Positions 11,593 through 23,100 of a DNA stretch of 64,000 nt are shown piece by piece. The translations under genes were made by a program, and so were the position numbers. Below the pieces are notes generated by a model. That model searched no databases and had not been told where the DNA came from. It saw only the letters and a program-made list of their open reading frames with translations. This DNA comes from Klebsormidium nitens (Eukaryota; Plantae; Klebsormidiophyceae): contig DF237115.1 of assembly GCA_000708835.1 (NCBI GenBank), positions 94,126 through 158,125 on the forward strand, written 5' to 3'. How positions within the stretch are numbered: the stretch's first letter is position 1; every line of letters starts with the position of its first letter.

Positions 11593-12372
11593 ATGCCTGG
11601 CCGCATGCGCCAACCCGGGGAGTTCTGCTGGGTAAACATGCTGACCCCCGACCCCCCCAAAGCGCGCGCCTTCTTCTCCGACCTGCTCGGGTGGACCTAC
11701 GACGAGTTGCCTCACAGCATGGGGCACATCATTGTAGCGGGGGGGCAGAAGATCGGGGGCCTCTTTGACAGCGCCCCGGGCCCGAACAACCCGTCCGGGT
11801 CCTCGCCGCAGATCGGTGTCATGGTGAGGGCCGTGAGCACCGATGACGTCAGCAAGCGCGTCGCCGAGCTCGGCGGGACGGTGTCGAAGCCGCCGTTCGA
11901 CGTGATGGAGAACGGGCGGATGTCGTGCTGCGTCGACCCGACCGGGGGGCGGTTCGACCTGTGGCAGCCCAAGAAGCAGCCGCTCGACGAGGTCGACGGC
12001 ACGGCGCACGGCGCCGCGAGCTGGTTCGAGCTGCTCACGGATGACGTCGGCAAGGCGGTCGGCTTCTACACGGCGCTGTTCGGGTGGAGCGCGGAGGCGA
12101 AGTCGATGCCGGGGGGGTTCGAGTACACCATCTGTAAGTTGGGGGGGGAACAGGTGGCGGGGGTCATGCCGATCCTGCAGCACATGCAGGGTGTGAAGCC
12201 GCACTGGGCGGTGTATTTCGCGGTGACGGACGTGTTTGCGGCAGAGAAGAAGGCGGTGGAGCTGGGGGGAAAAGTAATGATGCCTGTTATGGAGGTCGAG
12301 GGGGTGGGCCACATGGGGGGAATCGAGTCGCCGCAGGGGGTCATGTTCTATATTATCCAGTATGCCAGCTAG
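11593..12372 (+). CDS. Intronless two-domain VOC/glyoxalase/bleomycin-resistance family protein (Rv0577/Cfp30B-like), 259 aa
   Basis: Uninterrupted GC-rich ORF with two repeats of the VOC motif: PGEFCWVNMLTPDPPKARAFFSDLLGW..CVDPTGGRFDLWQ and HGAASWFELLTDDVGKAVGFYTALFGW..IESPQGVMFYIIQ. The ATG at 11593 starts the GC3-rich part of track ORF 11344-12372. Confidence 0.85.
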   Translation: MPGRMRQPGEFCWVNMLTPDPPKARAFFSDLLGWTYDELPHSMGHIIVAGGQKIGGLFDSAPGPNNPSGSSPQIGVMVRAVSTDDVSKRVAELGGTVSKPPFDVMENGRMSCCVDPTGGRFDLWQPKKQPLDEVDGTAHGAASWFELLTDDVGKAVGFYTALFGWSAEAKSMPGGFEYTICKLGGEQVAGVMPILQHMQGVKPHWAVYFAVTDVFAAEKKAVELGGKVMMPVMEVEGVGHMGGIESPQGVMFYIIQYAS

Positions 12373-13884
12373 GAGATTAAGCTTTACTTGTGTACCGTTG
12401 ATTTCGGAGAGTGTATTTTGGAGGTTGGTGATTTGGTACTCGAGCTTTTGCTTTTGGTACTGGAGAGTGATGTGAGTGGGACTGGGGCTGCGGACTGCTT
12501 AGAGCGTTGTGTGGTTTGTTGGCCGAAGAGGTCATATCGTTTCTATAGGCCTACGTAGGATTGATACTGCATATACTGTAAACTCGTTCACGCTTGAGCC
12601 GACCACTGAACGTGTATATTTACGTGTTTTGACTGTGAGACTCTAATAATCCGGGAACGCATCGTTTTCTCCAAAGTTGGCTCACAGTCAATCGTAGCTC
12701 ACAGGAGTAGCTCATGCAGTGTGCCATGTTTGGCGGTGCCATGACTTTCGAGTTTCCCCATCAATGATGCAGCGCAAGTGCTCAAATGTTATCAGAATAC
12801 ACTAAAAGCGTAACGTGATCTTCTACGAGCTACTGAGTCGATGCGCAGACGACCATGCCGAATGATTCTCTGCGCAATCATTAAGTACATGCAGCGCGCG
12901 TCCAGCCTGAGAATTATACGGTCACTAACATGCCAACAATTATGTACTAACTTACTAAGCTATATCATGTGTGGTCATGGCTTGATCGCCTGTGATTCTA
13001 GCTAGCGCTCTGGCAACGTCGCCCGCGTGCTCCAGGCGCTCCCATGCATGATATCTCACTCATGGCCGCACTGTCAGCGTGGGACCTACATGCCTAGCTA
13101 TAGCTTAACTGGCACAGCGTCCCTTATGGCGCACTTTAATCATTGGTGTCCACTGTGCACGTATGCGAACCAGCTGGACCTAGATTTACGAGTCAATCAT
13201 CCATGAACAGATGCATCTCCCAGTAACCATATAACTCGAGTGAGTAACTACACTCATGCACAAAGTTCGGGGCAGGGTGAAACTCATGCACCAGTACTCA
13301 TATGTATTCTGTGCAATGATGGACAGTCAACGGAAAGCTGTGAAAGAATGTGCTTAATCGTACATAGTTACAAGCTTGAAGTGCAATAGGTGTGCAACAG
13401 CGAACACTATAAGCGGGAGTTAGCAGTGTCTCATTATGGCATCGAGCACAAACGTCGAACAAATGTGGTAATGCATGCCGCCATGGCTGCTGGAATCGGA
13501 CTCAATAGGCTTGGTAGTGACAACACGAGGATAATCTGAAGAAAGAGCTCAAATCCGAAAGTGTCAAAAGCAATAAACTTGTCGTCTGCTTTGGCACTAA
13601 TCACAAAGTCCTAATCTTAGGCCCGCGAGCCCTGACCAAGATACAACATCGTGATGCACCAAATCAAATGTCTGATTTTCAACTCAACGGTGCTTGCTCA
13701 ACGAGGTAAATTACACTCTGATGGAGAAAGACATCGGGCGGACGTCTTTTTGGGCGCTTTCAAGTTAACGTCTTAGCTAATGATTGGGTCGCCTACAATT
13801 CGTCACTGCCAGTGCTCACCAAAACAGGCCGTGTCTAACAAGATTAGCGTCGCGCTTGCGTAAAAAAGACTGGGTGAATGGAAC

Positions 13885-14100
13885 CGTCACGGGTTGATTT
13901 GTTTTGTTGGTCAATAAGTTATGGCAGTGTACAAGGCAAAAGACTCCTATGCACAGAACGGTGTCGGCCCCGGGTTGTTGGGGCATTGCTCGGTCACGGG
14001 TTGATTTGTTGTGTTGTTAAATAACGTATGCCAGTGTACGGGGCAAAGAGATTATTAAGCGCAAAACGGTGTCGGCCCCGGGTTGTTGGGGCACTGCCCG
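13885..14100 (-). repeat. About 110-bp tandem duplication of the end of the distal terminal exon and its 3' UTR
   Basis: ACGGTGTCGGCCCCGGGTTGTTGGGGCA occurs at about 13958 and 14066, and GTCACGGGTTGATTTGTT at about 13886 and 13993. Confidence 0.8.
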
Positions 14101-17100
14101 GGGCAACAAATGGACGCAGTGCCGGGGGCGTTGAAGCACTGCACAGGAGAAAGCCGTCGAAAAGCGTCACAACAGTTCTTTAAATGGATGACAACGCCTA
14201 CGGATCCTCTCGGTGACCCACAAGAAGAAGACGTGCAAGATTCTGAAACACCTGAAAGAATCTTGTACGACTGGTCTCGAGCTCGCAGCAAAAGTAGCAG
14301 ATTCTTTCATTCTGAAGCCTCAGACGGAGCAACGGCGACTGTCAAACAACGGATCGGTGATCAAAGTATTGGTAAGGACTCCCCGCATACCTGAGTGACT
14401 TTCCTTCTGTATCCTCAATCGTTTTCAACCCCAAAGAACTACCATTTCCAAGCAAAACCCTTGTGCAATGCAAGAGGAACAAGATTGCAATGGTGGCCAG
14501 ACCGAAGTGCAGGGCGAACTTGCAGCGAGGCCTATAAACTCAGAATCCAGCTCACAACAACGAACACAAAAGTATTCCGTTTGTTACAAAGAACATCGGT
14601 CTTGGGCATTCTTACCTGGTTTGGCAGGTTCGAGGTCGGGTTGCACGGAGGGCTTCCCCCGGTCGTAGAACCAGAGGCACTGGTGGGAGAGGGATTGCCC
14701 GGAGATCCGGTGGCCGGGGAAGGTCCACCGCAGACGGCGCTGGCTCCGGGGTTTCCGGGGCATTGCCCCGGGCAGCAGATGGACTGTGAACCGGCCGCGT
14801 TGAAGCACTGCGGAAACGCAGAAAGTGGGCAGTCAAGGATCCTACGCTTTTGGGGAGTGAGAATGAACTTGTATCAGCGTACATGGATGACGGAAGTTAT
14901 ACTTGGAACGAGTTTCTTGGGCATTGTCCCGCGCAGCAAATGGACTGGGAACCAGCCGCGTTGAAGCACTGCGGAAAACGGAGACAACAAGTGGTCAAGA
15001 ATCGTTTTCTGCTCGAATATGTGACGGAATCTCTACAAGACGTATCAGCGTACATGGATGACGGAAACTGGGCAATCGGATTGAATCTCGAGGGCACTGT
15101 CCGGGCAGCAGATGGACTGTGAACCAAACGCGTTAAAGCACTGCAAAAGGTTTACAGCGAGTGGGCGAAGTTGAGTATCTGTAAAGTTCTATTGCCTATA
15201 AGGCCATGCCCGGAGGACGGGTGAGGTCGGCTTGGTGGTTAGGCGGGTTCGGGTGCGGAGTGGTTTATAATGTTGATTGGAGGTTTTTGTTACGTTGTTG
15301 TTTTGGTACTGCCTTCAAGTTTTAGATCGTCATAAGGTTCGAACTTTACGGTTATGAGGAAGCGAGTTGTCGAAATTTGAGCACATAGTGTACACATGCG
15401 ATGTCCTTCACTGTAAAAGAGAAAAAGCAATCGTGCAACGGCCATCAAAGCTGTGCTTAGGAAGGAATAAGACGGCAATCAAATGTGCAATCAGAACATG
15501 GCAAAGCGTTAAAAGACTTTCGGCAAGGAGAAGACTAAGCCCTCTTATGTTGATCAGTCAAGCGGTGGACTCCCGACGTTGCACCTGGTTCGGCAGGTTG
15601 GACATTGGATCGCACGGAGGGCTTCCCCCGGTCGTAGAACCAGAGGCACTGGTGGGAGAGGGATTGCCCGGAGATCCGGTGGCCGGGGAAGGACCACCGC
15701 AGACAGCGGTGGCTCCGGGGTTTCCGGGGCATTGCCCCGGGCAGCAAATGGACTGAGAACCGGCCGCGTTGAAGCACTGCAGAGAACGGAGACAACGAGT
15801 GGTCAAGAATCGTTCCTGGCTGGGAAATGTGACCGAACCTGTGCAAGACGTATCAGCGTACATGGATGACGGAAAATGGGCAGTCGAAATTTCCGTGGGC
15901 ATTGTCCCGGGCAGCAGATGGACTGAGAACCGGTCGCGTTGAAGCACTGCGAAAGTGTGAGAGCGAATAGGCGAAATATAGTACCTATAAGGTCCTGATA
16001 TGGATAAGGCCATCCCCGGAGGACGGGTGAGGCTGGCTCGGTACGGTTAGGTGAGTTCGGGTGCGGAGAGGTTCATTATGTTGCCTAGATTTTTGTTAGG
16101 CTGTTGCACCGGATACTTCCTTCAAGCTTTAGATCCTCATAAGTGTCAAACGTCCCGGTTATGAGGAAGCGAGGTGTCGACAGTTGACCCCATAGTATAC
16201 ACATGCGATGTCTCTTCGCTGTAAGAGAAGCAAACTTGCCGCGGCCATCGAAGCTCTGCTTAAAAAGGAACACGAGGGCAAATCTGCAATTGAACTCTGG
16301 CTAGTCGGAGAACAACTTTCGGCAAGGTGAAATGAAGCCCTTTTTTTATGTTGATCAGTCAAGCGGTGAGCTCCCATTCTTTTACCTGGTTCGGCAGGTT
16401 GGAGGTCGGGTCGCACGGGGGGCTTCCCCCGGTGGTGGAACCAGAGGCACTGGTGGGAGAGGGATTGCCCGGGGATCCGGTGGCCGGGGAAAGCCCACCG
16501 CAAACAGCGGTGGCTCCGGGGTTTCCGGGGCACTGTCCCGGGCAGCAAATGGACTGTGAACCGGCCGCATTGAAGCACTGCGGAAACAGAGAACGTGGGG
16601 TCAAGAACTGTTCATTTTTGGCAAGCGCCCTATGCAAGCGTGTCAGCAAACATGGATGACGGGCACTCAAAATGAGTTGCGAATGTGGTAAATGCTTATG
16701 CGCAAATCAGCTACGTTTCACTGGGGGAACTTGGAAGTAAGCATCGGGATAGTGAGATGAAACAACAGAGACACTTTGGGCCATTCTCAGGGTGCGGTGG
16801 AGCCCTTTTTCGGACCACGGCTGAAAGCAAAGGATACTGCGCGTTTCTATACGTTTACTTGACCAAAAAGTCGAGCCGCTCCTCGTTTGCATTGGCGAGC
16901 TTACTGCACTTCGAATCAAAGACGTGCGCACACCGTTTCAAATGGACCTAGCAGCAACAGATTCGGTCAATACATGGCGCTCCGTGCTGCGGACGCTGAG
17001 CCCACGGATCCTTACCTTTACAAGGCGGCAAGCGAAGCATTCGCCTGCCTGATCCGACTCGCTGCTCGTCGAATGCCGAGCCACACGTCTCACTTTTGAA

Positions 17101-20100
17101 GGGTTTTGCCGTTTGTGTGCGAGCAGGAACGTTATTTCGAAAATGCGTTACGGAAGGTGCTCACTTGGTTGGGCGCGGCTGACGTCAGGTCGCACTGCGC
17201 GCACGTTGGCACAGGTGGCAAAGAATCTGGACGCCTGATCCGACGCACTGCACTAGAATCCGTCGACTGCCAACTTCCATCTTTGAATGTTTGTGCCTTT
17301 CTGTGCAAGCAGCGGCGTCTTTCATAAAAGATACATGAAGAAGGTGCTTACCTGGTTAGGCGTGGCTGACGTCGGGTCGCACTGCGCGAACGTCGGGGCA
17401 GGCGCGAGTGTGGGGCCGCACACCGGGTTGGGCCCGGGGTTCTGAGGGCACTGCCCGGGGCAGCACAGGGACGCTGTCCCGGGCGCGTTGAAGCACTGCA
17501 AAGCTCGGGAAAGGCGTCGGGCTGCTGATCACCGGCATGAAGAATTGACATTCCAAAGATATTCCAAAATGATGTCGCTGAAACGTTATCCGTGTTCTTG
17601 AAAGGATGAGCAGCAAGTGCTGGATTTGGGACTCGCAGCCCTGTTCTTGTTCCTGAGTCTACTTTCCTGGACCAGGTGAGCAGACCTAAGGCACCTTAGT
17701 GAGCTTGCGTCGTTTGAAGGTTTTTGCGATCGGACAAAGTTGGACGCCTTAGCCGGTTTGACTTGAGCAGAATTTCAGCAATCGAGCTGTCCCACGATTG
17801 AACAACCTGGTCATCGGAAGGCCCAGATTCCAAGCAGATGCATAGGAAGACTCGAAGAAATGCAGGCAATCTACGGGTGAAGCAGGCCCGGTTGCATGCA
17901 GTTTGGTGACGGTGACTATCAAACGAGGATCGTACATGGGTCTATGGCGTGCTGTGACAGTCTCTTCTTCGCTCCGTACGGTTCATGCATAACTTAGACA
18001 CGGTTCTTGCATAACTTAGACAACGGGAGGCTGCTTAATGTGGGCGGTCCGAAGCTGCTCTAATCTACCGTTTACACGAGAGGTTAGCTTATCTCAAAAC
18101 AAGAGCTACCGAATTGCGCGGTCATCAACCGTTCTATTCACACTCAAACTACTGCCTTTGCCGGTCCTTTCTTGGATCCAAACGGACCTGAAACTCCAAG
18201 CCACGGTTAACTTTTCGTGCTGCCCAGTCCTGTACAGTCCTGCTCGCACCCCCATACACACTATACATCTTTAAAAAGGCTGTAAATCGATCCAAACGGA
18301 CTTCGTGGGGGTCCTAAGCCGGCTAACTATCAAAATCGTGACCTCGAGCAACAGCAGCCAGGGGATCAGCACTGGGGGTTGGCCCCCGGGGTCTGGGGGC
18401 ACAGCCCAGGGCAGCACAGAGACGCAGTACCCGCAGCGTTAAAGCACTGCACGACGACAGGACACTGTCACTCGTCTTTTGATCTGCTTGCTTTTCCTTG
18501 ACGGACTGCGTTTTTGAACGATATGCCTCATTGACACAACTTCCGTACCTCGTCTAAAACACAGTCCTCAAGACGGTTGACACAACTTCCGTCCGTATTT
18601 CAAATACAGTCCTCCAAACGGTTGGGCTGTCAGTGCGGTAAACGCGACTGAATTCGCAACCAGATAGAGATACTCTCAGTATAATCGACGGCCTGGAAAC
18701 CTTACGCACCTGGTTGGGATTGCCAGAAGTGGGGTCGCAAGGCGGGGGCGTTCCTGCGGCGACTCCGGGCGCTGACGTCTTCGCAGGAGCGGTCGCCGTA
18801 GTTCCCGAAGGCACCGGACCAGCGGTGGTCGGGGCGACGGTCGGGGCGGCGACCACTGGGCCGGTCGGGGCCCCGGTGGTAGAGCCGGGAGTGGTAACGG
18901 TAGTGGGGCTGGAAGCGGAGACGGTATTGGGGCTTGGAGTGGTCGGGGGGACAGCCGGGCCGCACACGGCGAGGGGCCCGGGCCTCAAGGGGCAGGCCCC
19001 GGGGCAGCAGATGGACAGTGTGCCAGCGGCATTGAAGCACTGCGGGACAAAGGAAGGGTTTGCGAAACGGGTTAGGGAGACTCGGCGAGCCTGTTGAGAG
19101 CGTTGGGTGATAGACTGGAAAAGGAAGCGAGGGCATATAAAAGCGTGAGTCAAGGAGAGAAGAAAGCGGGCGGAGGAATGGTATGGTATGAAAGTGGTAA
19201 GAGACGAGGAAAGACGGCATCAAGGAAGGGGGTACGAGAACCGATAAAAACAACCAGAAGAGCCACAAATTTTCTCTCTGCGTCGGCCATGTGAGTTGAG
19301 CGTTGGAGATGAACTGTAGGCAGAGGCTTACGGTTCCCAAAGAAGAACACAAGGCATACAAGCGCGCTGACGTCTTGCTATAAGAAAGGGCTGATATTTG
19401 CCGCGAGGGGTGTGGAGCTAGGGCCAGAAAGACACGACCAACTCGAAGGTTGAGGTGGAGCATGCACACGATACAGAAAGCGTCTCGGCATTTTTCCGCC
19501 CAATAATCTTGAGCGCCTCCGTCGAAACGTTCGGTGGGTCACTGACTGCCTTTTCATAATCTGCAACTTTAAGTAGAATCCCAAATCAAAGGAGCTGACC
19601 CCAAATCTCGACCAACAACAAACCTCTGATCACGCAATAAGGGGATGCACTTAGCTAGCTCCAAGAAAAGGTCGGCAGCCTCTTCGTTACAAGTTTTGGC
19701 GCGAGTTATCGAGCGCGGTTGAGGAAGTCAACCGACCTGGTTAGGATTCTGCGAGGTCGGGTCGCAGGGCTGCGAAGGGGCGATCTTGAAGCGGTCCTTG
19801 AAGCAGACGATCGACGTGACGGCGCGCTCCTGGCGGAAGCTGAACGTCTGGCCGTTCACAGTCGCGTTAAGACTGCAAACCGCAAAGACCAGGATTTATG
19901 CTTTTGGATATTTAGGACTGAGGTTTCTAGAAACCACAGTGGGAGAAAGCCATCGCCTTTCAAAGCTACTCAGTTTGTGAAGACCTGATGGCCTGCTTCT
20001 TGCGGAGCAAGGATTGCGTTGAGTCTGAAACGCCTGGCCGTTGACGGCGTGGTGAGACTGCAAAAGCGCAGTGGCGAAACCTTAGGCTTGCAGAATTGAG

Positions 20101-23100
20101 GATTGGGCACTTTAAAATAGGCTGTTGAGATTCTACTCCAGCGAAGGCACCTCTAGTGGAAGCCCTGATGGCGGAAGCCCTAATGGCCTGCTTCGGAAGG
20201 AAAGCGAACGCTTGGCCATTCAAGGTTGCGTTGAGATTGCGACCCACAGGGTCCAGACCTACAGACTTCCAGTAGGAGTTTAAATTGAAAGCTTTCTGGT
20301 TCTCAGACCTTGAAGGTCCCTCCTTGACGAAGACCTGATGGCGTGCTTCTGTCAAAAATGAAAACGCCGAGCCCAAGGAAGTTTTTCGGGGTTTGTACAG
20401 CAACTCCAAACTCAGGTGTAACATTCCCGGGGCGGCAAATAAAAGATTGCGCCTGCAAATAGTAAGTGTCCTGACTCCCAGCTTCTACAAAGTTTTGGGG
20501 CTCAGATTACGAAAGCGATATCACAATCGTTTCCTTTGCAAGGACGACTCAACCGTTAACGTGCTGTTACAAAGGCGAAGCTTGGGCAGCTAACGGAATC
20601 AAGGGCTCTAAAGCTTACTTTGAACTCTTCTCAACGTCCTGAGAGAAAGCAAGTTTGAGCGGCTAGGCCAACAAGCACGTTTGGAGCGAAGGAAGGAAAA
20701 GCACTTCAATTTGAAAGGCAAGCGCAAGTGGTTCTCACATGTCTGACGGGTAGCTCGACAAAATTCCGTCGGTGACAAAGGCGCTGCTACCGCCCCCGTC
20801 CAGGTTGATTGCGTTCACGGCGCCATACGAGATGAGCAGGTCCGCGACGTCGTATAGGCTCGCGCCGCGCACGTTTGACTGGCCGTCCAGCTGGAGCAGG
20901 AGGATCTCGCCCGCGGCGTTGTGCCCGATAGCCGTGCGGGCTGACACAATGCTGGCAAAGTCCTGGGAAAAGGAGGATGGTGTCAAAGCTGGCCCACCGG
21001 AGTGAGCACAGTGGGTAGTCGTTGGAGTTGAGCTCCGGTGCCAATCTGTGGCGGTTAAAAAGGACGAAGATAGAAACACAATGCTGGCAAAGACCTGGGA
21101 AAAGGAGGATGGTGTCAAACCTGGCCAACCGGAAGGGTGAACACTGAGGGTGAACATTGGAGCCGAGTGAGAGCTCTGAGCTGAGCTCCGCTACGATACC
21201 TGTGGCCGTAAAAAAGGACGAAGACAAGAACACCATGCTGGCAAAGACCTAGGAAAGAGGACCGTGTCAAAGCTGGCTCGTTGGTAATGGGGAGACTGGC
21301 GTATGCATGTCAGCTGAGCGAGCTATGTACAGTGCTTCAGTACAATTGTTGAGCCATCCGGTGGGTAAACACAACCGATCGGAGGACTGAGGACGACTTC
21401 AGACCCTTCAAAGCCGTGCCCGGAGGTCAAGCTCCACGGCAGAGCTGCACGGACGAGCAAATTGGTCTGGCCGCAAATACAAAGTAAAGGGGCAAGCCGG
21501 GAAAGTGGCTCTGCGGATGCTAGATATGTCGCCAGGCTGGTATCCTTGAGCTGACGCGCATTGGGCAACCTTGATTTCTGAGAGGGTGGTCCTTTGGAGC
21601 TTGGCCAGGCTGTATGGTTATGCTGACGCCATTAGGAAACGCTTGAGGGCCAAGCGGGTGATCCTTCGGAGCTGAGTGAATGGCAAGACTTCGTGAAGGT
21701 GGAGGCTGTAATGGGTTAAGATAAGCAAAGAGCATCGAGCGTCGAATAGGAAGGGGGAATACAACCTTGTAGCAGCAGCTTCATGTTTCTCTTATTCCTA
21801 TTACCGCAAAGGGGCTTGAATCTTGAGAATCTTCGCGTGCTCACCCACAAGAATTCTCGTTTCATTGCAAACAAGAACTTCATTTCATTGTTTCCAAACT
21901 TGCATAGGAAAGGCTCGAGCGCGTCCCCACCTGGATCGTTCCGGTAGTCTGGGTACTGGGGTCCTCATAAGGCAGATCCTGCTGAACGTTGTTCTGCCCG
22001 CCCTTCACGAGCCACACCACTCCGCTCGTCAGCTGGTCGAACGGCACCTTCCCGGCTGCTCTGCCTTGCGCTTCCAGAGCCGACACGTAGCCTGCAGCGA
22101 AAAGCAGACTATTTAAAGAAGTCTGACACCTTGCGCTTCTGGAGCCGACACGTATCCAGCACTGATTAGCTGACTGTAAATGTGAGTATGACACCTTGCG
22201 CTTCTGAAACCACAACGTAACCCGCAATGAAAAGCAGACTCTTCAAAGAGCGTCTGATATCTTGCGCATTTGGAGCCGACCCGTAAGCAGCATGTGGCAA
22301 CCTTTCAACGACTCCGGAAGACTGAAACGGTTTATCCAAGGCGTAAACCGGGCCCTCTCCAAGCCGACAGGTAAAGCATAAGTACAAAAGCTGTCAAAAA
22401 AATTCGAAAGCCTGAAGTCAATGGAGGTTGTGAACAAAAAACAGATCTGGACAATCTTGCGCGAAGCTTTCAACAAAATCGATCTGAGTGTCCTGAGGAC
22501 AGACATGCAAATCTCATGCGGCTTCAGAAAAGACATGAGTTGATGAAGGGTCACAGAAACTGATGACTAGGTCCAAGACGTTCCAATGAAGTACAAGGGA
22601 TTAAAAGGAGCAGGAGGGCTTTGTCAAGGATTTCCCTGACTTGGACCCGCAACGAGAAGGGCTGAAGACAATTGTGCTCGAGACTTCCTGATTAAGCTCT
22701 TGAACAGAACAAGTCAGTTTGTCCAGAACTACTCAAAGATATGCGCAGGACTAAAGAAGCTACACATATGCTGTTCACAGGATCGGAGGTCATGAGACGT
22801 CGTGAGCAGGTTCATGTTATGGACTTGCCCAAACACTGCCCTTAAGTTTGACTTGCTTCTATCCATCCTTCAATGCACAAAAGTTTCGACTCTTGAGTTC
22901 CGACCCCTGGGATCAGGGCAACAAACCGACTTAAAAGATGTGGCGTGCACATAGGCAGCCAAAAGCTGGACAGGTTCAAAACGGCACCTACATGGACTCA
23001 ATTCCCTGTTATTATCAAAGGGCCAGAACCTGAAGAGGACTGAAACGTCTTTCGTCTCCTCAATTGGAAACCTTGAAGAGGTTGTTGGTGGACTTTGACA

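Noticed and set aside
11584-12344. Minus-strand ORFs over the VOC gene
   Set aside because: Shadow frames of a GC3-rich coding sequence.
12400-13900. Spacers that look rich in CATG/TGCA/TAGCTA (also about 7450-8350, 26500-27500, 39600-39900, 62470-62900), suggesting methylation-driven decay of repeats
   Set aside because: Visual impression only; CpG is still common. Dinucleotide observed/expected counts and methylome data are needed.
14055-19039. Repeat array as a CRISPR-like or satellite element
   Set aside because: Units are spliceable coding exons with conserved Cys codons, not repeat-spacer arrays.
19150-19350. MADAERKFVALLVVFIG as a signal-peptide start of a separate Cys-repeat gene
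   Set aside because: No convincing donor, and the surrounding sequence is pyrimidine-rich intron. Exon 19872-19737 supplies the missing module half and links in phase to the NAGPA-like exons.
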